Below are positions 57,040 to 64,000 of a stretch of 64,000 nt of DNA, piece after piece. The position numbers and the translations under genes were made by a program. Location: sequence record MT811961.1; one strand, 5' to 3'. Below the pieces are notes generated by a model. The model was not told where the DNA came from. It saw only the letters and a list, made by a program, of their open reading frames with translations, and ran no database searches. Position 1 is the stretch's first letter; every line of letters begins with the position of its first letter.

Positions 57040-57501
57040 ATGCGCAACATGGTTGCTGACTTTCTCCATTTCCACAAGAGCTATGAAGCAGGAGATTGTC
57101 AAATCGATGACATCTCCCGCTTAAAAGAAATCCTAGTATGGCGCAATCAAATCATGAAAGCTGCCATGGGGATGCGTGAAGATTACGCGGCTGTTTCTTG
57201 TGTGATGGAAACCCTATTTAAACGTGCGGCTGGTTGCCACACGGTATTGCGTCCATGTGACTTCCTGTACATGGGCTTACAACCGGCGAATGAAAAAACT
57301 GTCGAAAGCTGTACAAATGCTCGCGACAAGTTTGTTCGTTTGACAGGCATTGTACGCCGAGAGGAAATGGTCGATAAGCTTATCCCTCTTATGTCAATGA
57401 AGCAAGTAGATGAAGCCATCGAAACCTTGATGGTGCTTGCTCAAGTTATCCAGGGAGATCGTAATCCTCCTGGTCCAGCTACTCCTCCACCGGATAATTA
57501 A
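57040..57501 (+). CDS. Hypothetical protein, 153 aa
   Basis: SD aaggag. Confidence 0.7.
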   Translation: MRNMVADFLHFHKSYEAGDCQIDDISRLKEILVWRNQIMKAAMGMREDYAAVSCVMETLFKRAAGCHTVLRPCDFLYMGLQPANEKTVESCTNARDKFVRLTGIVRREEMVDKLIPLMSMKQVDEAIETLMVLAQVIQGDRNPPGPATPPPDN

Positions 57502-57510
57502 AAACTATTC

Positions 57511-57525
57511 TGCCTAATAGGATAG
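57511..57525 (+). promoter_or_regulatory. Class II promoter variant
   Basis: tgcctaataggatag upstream of the major inner-head gene. Confidence 0.45.
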
Positions 57526-57611
57526 AAAACGCTCATCCGTAGAGGCGATTCTGAAAATGTTTAAAAACTCTCAAAAATCTGAGAACAACCCTTTGCAAAG
57601 GAAAACAAAAA

Positions 57612-58913
57612 ATGTTTGAACAACCATCTCTTGAAGATCTATTCTCAACTGAACTAGATCAAGAAAACATGAACACTGAACTAGTATTCGGTGAAACAGT
57701 AGATTTCGAAGCACTTGGCATTGACCTAGGTATGGATGAAACTGTTCCTGCTGAGGAACTAGAACTACTTCAACTAGAAAGCAACTTCCAGCGCGTTGCG
57801 TCGGCTACTGAAGAACACGAGCGTCTAGCTGCAACTCTTCAAGCAGCACGCGAAAACGGCGGTGCACGTGGCGATACAGTTACTACTCTAGCTAGCTGGT
57901 ACGAAGGCGCTTCTGCGATTCTTGGCGCGCACGCGGCTGATGGCTTTGATGCTGAAGCATTTACTGAAGCTGGCGGTGCAATGTCTGCGACTGAAGACGC
58001 AGAAATGAAAGTTAAGGCTAACCTGTCTAAACTTAAAGAAGGCGCTAAGAACATCGTTAAGAACATCGTTGCTGCCCTTAAGAAACTATTCGTTCGCTAC
58101 CTAACTAAAGCTGGTCGCGTTGAAGCTAAAGTTAAACAGGTATTCGGCGTAGCTGCGACAGTTAAGGGCCAAGCGAAAGATAAAGCTGTTTCTTTCAAAG
58201 GCATTGGCTATGCATCTAATGCGGACGACTCTAAAGAAGCTGCTGCTTACGCAATGGCGTTTGCTAAAGCTGGTATGGGTCAAACTGCGGCTGGTATCAA
58301 AGACTTTATCTCTGCTGTAAGCGGTGAGAAAGTAGACATGGCTGCACGCAACACTGCATTTGGTCGTATCCGCGAAGGTATCGAGAAAGACCTTGGTAAG
58401 ATCCAAAAGGTTGATGCTGGTCACGAGCTAGTTAAGAAAGCTAAGCTTAAAGGCGAAGGTAACTTCTACGTAACTGGTCAAAACATCGGCGGCAAGATCC
58501 TTGTTGTTCATGTACCTACTGCAAACGACTCTAAAGCGGCTCCAACCGTTCGTGCCGTACAGACTGCTTCTAAGAACCCATCTGAGATGCCTCACGTAGA
58601 ACCGGCTACATTGGGCCCAGGTGCTAAAGAGCTAGTTGCAAACTCTAAGCTTGTTGGTGAGAAACTAAGTAGCGTTCTTAGCGGCCTAGAAGGCGCAGGT
58701 AATGTTAACGGTGAACATGCTAAACAAGTTAAAGGCATGATCAGCTTCCTTGGTGAAGTAGGTAAACAAGTACACGTACAAACGATCCTTCAGGCTGAAG
58801 CCCAGGCTAACTACGCTGCTGCATGTATCAAGAACATGGTAGAAAAAGCACCAGCTAAGAAAGACGACAACAAAGACAACAAAGACGACAAGAAAGGCGA
58901 AGGCGAAGAGTAA
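57612..58913 (+). CDS. Major inner-body/ejection protein (phiKZ gp93-like family)
   Basis: Very acidic propeptide with A/S-x-E sites (FDAE, SATE), strong codon bias, family helix IVKNIVAALKKLF. Confidence 0.7.
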   Translation: MFEQPSLEDLFSTELDQENMNTELVFGETVDFEALGIDLGMDETVPAEELELLQLESNFQRVASATEEHERLAATLQAARENGGARGDTVTTLASWYEGASAILGAHAADGFDAEAFTEAGGAMSATEDAEMKVKANLSKLKEGAKNIVKNIVAALKKLFVRYLTKAGRVEAKVKQVFGVAATVKGQAKDKAVSFKGIGYASNADDSKEAAAYAMAFAKAGMGQTAAGIKDFISAVSGEKVDMAARNTAFGRIREGIEKDLGKIQKVDAGHELVKKAKLKGEGNFYVTGQNIGGKILVVHVPTANDSKAAPTVRAVQTASKNPSEMPHVEPATLGPGAKELVANSKLVGEKLSSVLSGLEGAGNVNGEHAKQVKGMISFLGEVGKQVHVQTILQAEAQANYAAACIKNMVEKAPAKKDDNKDNKDDKKGEGEE

Positions 58914-58957
58914 TCTAGTCTAAGCCTAAAATGTTTCTTTGGTGAAGCTTGACTGAG

Positions 58958-58990
58958 ATAATCGACTGGCCCTCGTGGCTGGTCGATTAT
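58958..58990 (+). terminator. Hairpin/terminator
   Basis: ataatcgactggcc-ctcgt-ggctggtcgattat. Confidence 0.6.
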
Positions 58991-59032
58991 TATTATATTG
59001 TCAAATCGTATAGTTAATACAGGAGAATACTA

Positions 59033-60148
59033 ATGAGCTCATATGTGCCTCTCCACGACGACTTTATGGAACCAGAAGAACTAGAAATGCTGAGAGAAGA
59101 AATTGCACTCAATGCAAAGCTAGATCATCTGGATATACTATGTGACGCAGTGCGCACCATACAAGATCCGAGTACTTCCCAAGTAGCCAAGTCGATTGCC
59201 ATTGAACACGCTTCGACATATATTGGTGAGCAGGCTCTAGGTTATCTTTATGATCTAGAAAAAGAAAGGGATACTGGACTTACCCTGGTTGGGAAAATAT
59301 TCCGACTGGTAGCTAAGTTACTGCAAACGATCGCAGAAGGCTTCTTTCGTTATATGGCAAAATTGCTTTCTATGACGGCGAAGCGCGAACGTGCCTCGGC
59401 CAGGTTGATAACACAAATCAACAAAAATATCCATAAGTATCGTGACCAAAAACCAAAAATTAAACTAACCCAAACCATGATTCCATTGACGAATGATGGT
59501 AAGTTACTCAATGGACATAGCATTTCTAAACTCATCGATGGACAAATATCCAAGATCAATCCAGATGTGATGATGTCTAAGATGGGGGCAATTATTAATG
59601 GCATCCCTGCTGACATTGAATCAGGGAAAGACTATGAAACAATCAGAAAAGATATAACAGGAATCTCCGAAACAGTTCACGCTGTACTCAAGGGTGCTTA
59701 TGGTGCCCAAGAGTCAATCATTAAGAATGTTCGTACTAGCACGGTGCGAATCCCTGGTGTAAATATCTCACTGGTTGTTCGTACCAAACCCGGACGGATT
59801 TCAGAGGCAAAACTTGAAACCCAGAAGATCAAAATAAAGTCTAAGACCATGGCGGACGGCTTATCGCCCCAAGAGGCATTCAGTGCCATAAGTACGGCTA
59901 ACCAGGCATTTAATCGACTCCTTGACCGTGATGATGGCTATCGTTTCAAAAAAGACACGAATGACCTGATTCGCATGATTAAGGCATCGAGTCCAAATGA
60001 TGCCAAAAAGGATCTTGTTCGTTATATCCCGCGCTGGGTTAGTTTCATTCGTCAATACATCAAGACGACAAATGACCTTGAATACCGCGTCGCTTTGGCT
60101 GTGCTTGCCACAGTTGAAGCCTCTAAGAAAGAATGGAGTATTTCATAA
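59033..60148 (+). CDS. Inner-head protein paralog
   Basis: Acidic N-terminus, then the amphipathic helix and KRERAS motif of the family. Confidence 0.6.
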   Translation: MSSYVPLHDDFMEPEELEMLREEIALNAKLDHLDILCDAVRTIQDPSTSQVAKSIAIEHASTYIGEQALGYLYDLEKERDTGLTLVGKIFRLVAKLLQTIAEGFFRYMAKLLSMTAKRERASARLITQINKNIHKYRDQKPKIKLTQTMIPLTNDGKLLNGHSISKLIDGQISKINPDVMMSKMGAIINGIPADIESGKDYETIRKDITGISETVHAVLKGAYGAQESIIKNVRTSTVRIPGVNISLVVRTKPGRISEAKLETQKIKIKSKTMADGLSPQEAFSAISTANQAFNRLLDRDDGYRFKKDTNDLIRMIKASSPNDAKKDLVRYIPRWVSFIRQYIKTTNDLEYRVALAVLATVEASKKEWSIS

Positions 60149-61377
60149 TGCTTACACAAAACATCGCTGACATCTTAATGGAAAGCGAAAACGAAATCAA
60201 AGACCAAGAAGCAGCACACTGTAAACTTGGTGAACATGACTGGGCATCCATGTTCAATGAAGACATCTCGGTTGTGGAATTCGGACTGGTACAAGAGTTC
60301 TTCCATTTGGATAACCACCATCGCGAAGAAGAAAATCTAGAGCGATTGCTGGCACAGACCGAAGTGACTGATTTCAATGATGATTCCAGTGCAACGGCAT
60401 GGTACCACATGGCAGCGGGCTATGGGTTTGATGCATCGGTGATGGCGGAGTCTGGCAAGGAAGGCAAAACAGCCACAATCAAAAAGCGCTTAGCTAAGAT
60501 TCAGGAAAACATTGGTAATGTAATCAGCAGAATCATCGGCAAGTTAAGAGAGTTCCTGCGCAACCTGTTCGATATGAATGATCGTCGCCAGAAAGCAGCA
60601 AACGATCTTCTTAAAGCAATGGAAAAACGCAAGGCAGGACTGAAGAAGAAAACAATCGCCCTGAAAGGACCATCGCGCTATTTTGTTGGTGGTGCCGACA
60701 TGAAGCCATTGGAACTGTCCGCAATCGGTGATGCGATTCAGAAGTTCAAAGAAGCTGACCTAGATCAAATCGGTAAGAATCTGGCTAATGCCCATACTGC
60801 CGAAACTGCGAAATCAATCAACACAATGATACGCAAGCAGTTAGAAGGTTCGCTGGAAATGGGCCCACCAAAAGGAATTACGGTTACTGGTGACAGGGCA
60901 GTATTCCATTTGGCTCCGGATTTCTATTCTCCAATTGCTTTGGTAATCACACGAAGCAAAGAAAGTCGCTGGTCGGCTGTGGCAATGACTGACAAGAAAG
61001 CAGCTGCCAAAGTAGATTCTCGTAAGAAGAAACTAGAGGTTGAAGTTACAGCACAGGAAATGATCGATCTGCTAGAAATGGCGGAATCTAACTTTGACGT
61101 TCTTAAAGAACTCAAGGATGCAATTCCAAAAGAAGACTTCAAAGCAGGACAGATTTCTGAGGCGACTGATACGAAAGCCATTCAGGGTCTTCTGGAGTTT
61201 GTATCTCGGCTATGCATCTCCTCTGGCCGTTATGGCACTATCTTGTCAACGGGTGTGACGAAGATGGCACGTGATTACTATGGTGCTTTCTATAAGATCG
61301 CAGACAAGGCACAATCCGTAGCGGGCATCGATCCCGATGCAGCCACTGCTGGTCCAGACGAAAACAACGAAGAATAA
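60148..61377 (+). CDS. Inner-head protein paralog
   Basis: Acidic propeptide ending MAES, then helix ISRIIGKLREFL. Terminator at 61383-61412. Confidence 0.6.
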   Translation: MLTQNIADILMESENEIKDQEAAHCKLGEHDWASMFNEDISVVEFGLVQEFFHLDNHHREEENLERLLAQTEVTDFNDDSSATAWYHMAAGYGFDASVMAESGKEGKTATIKKRLAKIQENIGNVISRIIGKLREFLRNLFDMNDRRQKAANDLLKAMEKRKAGLKKKTIALKGPSRYFVGGADMKPLELSAIGDAIQKFKEADLDQIGKNLANAHTAETAKSINTMIRKQLEGSLEMGPPKGITVTGDRAVFHLAPDFYSPIALVITRSKESRWSAVAMTDKKAAAKVDSRKKKLEVEVTAQEMIDLLEMAESNFDVLKELKDAIPKEDFKAGQISEATDTKAIQGLLEFVSRLCISSGRYGTILSTGVTKMARDYYGAFYKIADKAQSVAGIDPDAATAGPDENNEE

Positions 61378-61448
61378 GAAGATGCCTGCCTCCTTTGGGG
61401 GCGGGCACTTTTTGTTAAATTTTATAGTTTTAGTTAGGAGATAGAACA

Positions 61449-63053
61449 ATGGGCAGAGCGTTCATTACCATCGACCAAACGGACATTACTGTTACTCGTG
61501 CCATTATGCGCGATGCTGCTCGCTTTCTCGTTAAGAACACGGGTTTTGACAATAGCGCTAAAATCATCTTTGATGACGAGTCAGTAGATTCCCCACGTCA
61601 GATTAAGAACATGTTTGACGGATGCCTAAATTCAGAAGGTATTCGTACACAGTATCGTTCATATGTCTTTGTAGAGTACACAGACAGAACAACAGAACAC
61701 GGCTGGGTAAACAGTATGCGAGAGGGTCGTCGTACCCCGCCACTGTTTGATGATCCAGCAATCGGCGTTCAGATGAATAGCCGTTACATCGAGCACGAAG
61801 CAGAAATGACAATTCGTTTCCGTTCAAACAGTAAGGCAAAGTTAGACCAGTGGCTCAATGCCTTGAGAGCATCCGATGCTATTCGTACACACCTAGGTTA
61901 CTTTGACATTACCTATGACTACGCAGTACCGTCGCCTTTCCTTGACTTTATTCATGATGCATGGCAAGCAATCGACAAGCATCCGTCCGAAACACCAAGC
62001 CTGAAGGAATATTTATCAGAGCACCTGAGAAACGACATAACAAAGCGTTCTAACTTGAATGACACATTCAGCGCAGTTGTTGCAATTGAGCGCCAGAAGA
62101 ACGTAGAGGGCGTACCAGAGGATGCCATGTTCTGGAATACACGCAGTATTCAGCGCGGCATCTACGAGGTCTCTCTATCTTATCGTTTCCGCTATGATAG
62201 AATAGTTGGGGTAGAACTAACTTACCCCGCTGTCATCTACAATAGCTTTATTCCTAGAGAGTACGTAAAAGCTTTCCATAGTCCTCTTCGTTTACGTAAT
62301 GATTTCGATTATACTCAATCACTGACCTTTATCGACAACAAACTCCAGGACTATGAGATCAACTACTATTATCTTGGTGATGGCGGTAGCCGGATGGTTC
62401 CATGGGATGACTTCTTTCCTAAGAACCCAATGCTCAATACCCAGACGGTGAGTTTGTTTCCTGTGAAGATAGATGAGAACAATACAAAGAATCTCTTTAA
62501 CATCACAGACCTGACGGATAAGTTTTTACCTAAGGCCGTATTGGATTACGTACTTAGCGAGAAAGAACATATCAATCGTCACTTGCAATCACTTGTTCAG
62601 TTTGAACTTTACAGCGTTGGAGAAGATGAAGAAAAAATCTTTGTCCACCTGGATGACGACTTTAATGTTCTTGCAGCAAAACCACTCGATAGTCGACGTA
62701 GACATTATGTCCGTATTGGACTATTAAAAGACATCCCGTCAATTCACCCTGAGTCACTAAAGCGCATACTGAATAAACCAGATATTGCCTTTGAGCTTTT
62801 CAAGCTTTATGATGCTTCATTAGAAGTAACAGACTCAGAAGATGAATGGAAGCGTCGTGTTGGCACGGAGATGCCACAGGGCAGGGATATGACTATTCCT
62901 AGTTTGTTGTTCAGAACAAGCAAGGCAATCACGGACTATTCGTTTACTCGTTGGGTACGCAAGCTCAAAGATACAAATGAATGGTTTATCAATTTGCGTC
63001 CTACAATGCCTAAGTATGTGGGACAATACAATATTAATGTACGGAGACCATAA
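61449..63053 (+). CDS. Conserved virion structural protein (phiKZ gp98 position)
   Basis: 534 aa, SD aggag, structural cluster. Confidence 0.6.
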   Translation: MGRAFITIDQTDITVTRAIMRDAARFLVKNTGFDNSAKIIFDDESVDSPRQIKNMFDGCLNSEGIRTQYRSYVFVEYTDRTTEHGWVNSMREGRRTPPLFDDPAIGVQMNSRYIEHEAEMTIRFRSNSKAKLDQWLNALRASDAIRTHLGYFDITYDYAVPSPFLDFIHDAWQAIDKHPSETPSLKEYLSEHLRNDITKRSNLNDTFSAVVAIERQKNVEGVPEDAMFWNTRSIQRGIYEVSLSYRFRYDRIVGVELTYPAVIYNSFIPREYVKAFHSPLRLRNDFDYTQSLTFIDNKLQDYEINYYYLGDGGSRMVPWDDFFPKNPMLNTQTVSLFPVKIDENNTKNLFNITDLTDKFLPKAVLDYVLSEKEHINRHLQSLVQFELYSVGEDEEKIFVHLDDDFNVLAAKPLDSRRRHYVRIGLLKDIPSIHPESLKRILNKPDIAFELFKLYDASLEVTDSEDEWKRRVGTEMPQGRDMTIPSLLFRTSKAITDYSFTRWVRKLKDTNEWFINLRPTMPKYVGQYNINVRRP

Positions 63054-64000
63054 TGGCTTTATTTGGCGAAGAAGAATCTGTACCAGAAACCCCGGTCATC
63101 AAAGAAACGGTTGTTGAGCATAATACCGCAACAGTTTATGAAGATCGCTATCCTGGCAAGGAGTCAGGTGTATTCATTACAGAGATCGAAGGTAGCCCAT
63201 GGACTACTGAGGCCTGGATTGGTCAGATACTCGGTGAAGATGATTATCCTAATCGACATGACTTGGCGCTGGATCCATCGCTACAGCAGTATGCAAGAAT
63301 CCATAATCTGGAACTGCGTACGACAACCTCTCTTAGTGGCGAGACAGACGACAATGTAATTACAACGATCTCTGGTGAAGCTACCGTGCTACCTGGCATT
63401 GTACCGAACCAATGGGATATGTTTATTGCGACAATGAAGGATGGTCGTAAAGGTATCTTCGCAGTTGTTGAGTTACCTCGTCCCCTAACTTACTTTGCAT
63501 ACACGGCTTACAGTATCCAGTATGAGCTTATGGCTTACTGGAACCAAGAGCTACAGGACGATATTGATTCCAAGGTAGTTAAAGAACTTTACTTTAATCC
63601 TGACAATCCTTATTGTCCTACTGAGAATGTTCAGGCTGTAGTTGAGCGAGTAGACCTTATCAAGTACATTCTAAAGTACCTGAATATCTACTATTCTCTT
63701 TTCTATGATCGTCGCAATGAAACCTTCCTCTATGTCGATGATTCTCGTGCGAAGATCTATGATGATGCGGTAAGTAAGTTCATGAATCACATTGTGCCAC
63801 ATCAGGCTCGTGACAAAGCGAGACATCCGTTTGCACAGCTGTTCAGTGTTCCATCGAACGATTACCAATTTAAGTCAAAGACAATTTACGATATCTTACA
63901 AGATAATGAATTGAATCTTTTACCTATTGTTGATACTCAATACCAAAAGTCATCGACCGCAGAGTTTTACTCTCCGTTTGTCATGCATTCGATATTGATG
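63053..64000 (+). CDS. Conserved virion structural protein, 3'-truncated by the window end
   Basis: TAATG overlap. Frame MALFGEEESVPETPV... stays open to 64000 and is missing from the supplied ORF track. Confidence 0.75.
   Translation, partial: MALFGEEESVPETPVIKETVVEHNTATVYEDRYPGKESGVFITEIEGSPWTTEAWIGQILGEDDYPNRHDLALDPSLQQYARIHNLELRTTTSLSGETDDNVITTISGEATVLPGIVPNQWDMFIATMKDGRKGIFAVVELPRPLTYFAYTAYSIQYELMAYWNQELQDDIDSKVVKELYFNPDNPYCPTENVQAVVERVDLIKYILKYLNIYYSLFYDRRNETFLYVDDSRAKIYDDAVSKFMNHIVPHQARDKARHPFAQLFSVPSNDYQFKSKTIYDILQDNELNLLPIVDTQYQKSSTAEFYSPFVMHSILM

Noticed and set aside
57585-57611. Palindrome cctttgcaaagg overlapping the SD of the major inner-body gene
   Set aside because: Too short to support a regulatory claim without data.
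984-63868. Numerous short antisense or nested ORFs in the supplied track (e.g. 18364-18633, 43167-43613, 49942-50307, 50404-50859, 58101-58424)
   Set aside because: Shadow frames of strongly biased long genes, with no RBS or motifs.

Overview
The window is a gene-dense segment of a phiKZ-like, nucleus-forming jumbo phage (Chimalliviridae). The host may be Vibrio-like, an inference from codon usage in highly expressed genes only. The conserved core follows the phiKZ order: family-B DNA polymerase in two separate genes, chimallin, four non-virion RNA polymerase subunit genes, an SbcD-like nuclease, a PicA-like gene, an SF2 helicase, a virion RNAP beta' subunit, spanins, baseplate and inner-head proteins. 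The nvRNAP beta' gene is split inside its catalytic NADFDGD motif by a group I intron whose HNH endonuclease carries an in-frame TAG. The most unusual part is the first 7 kb. It holds a divergent Ro60/TROVE-vWA homolog with an upstream RNA folding like a permuted tRNA (YrlA-type Y RNA candidate), and about 2.4 kb with no convincing ORF, including five tandem promoter-to-terminator units that look like a small-RNA array. Also notable are two recurrent promoter motifs, a tandem active/inactive ClpP pair and a membrane-anchored M48-like metallopeptidase among the virion genes. All calls come from reading motifs and synteny by eye. phiKZ gp numbers are from recalled gene order and were not checked by a database search.
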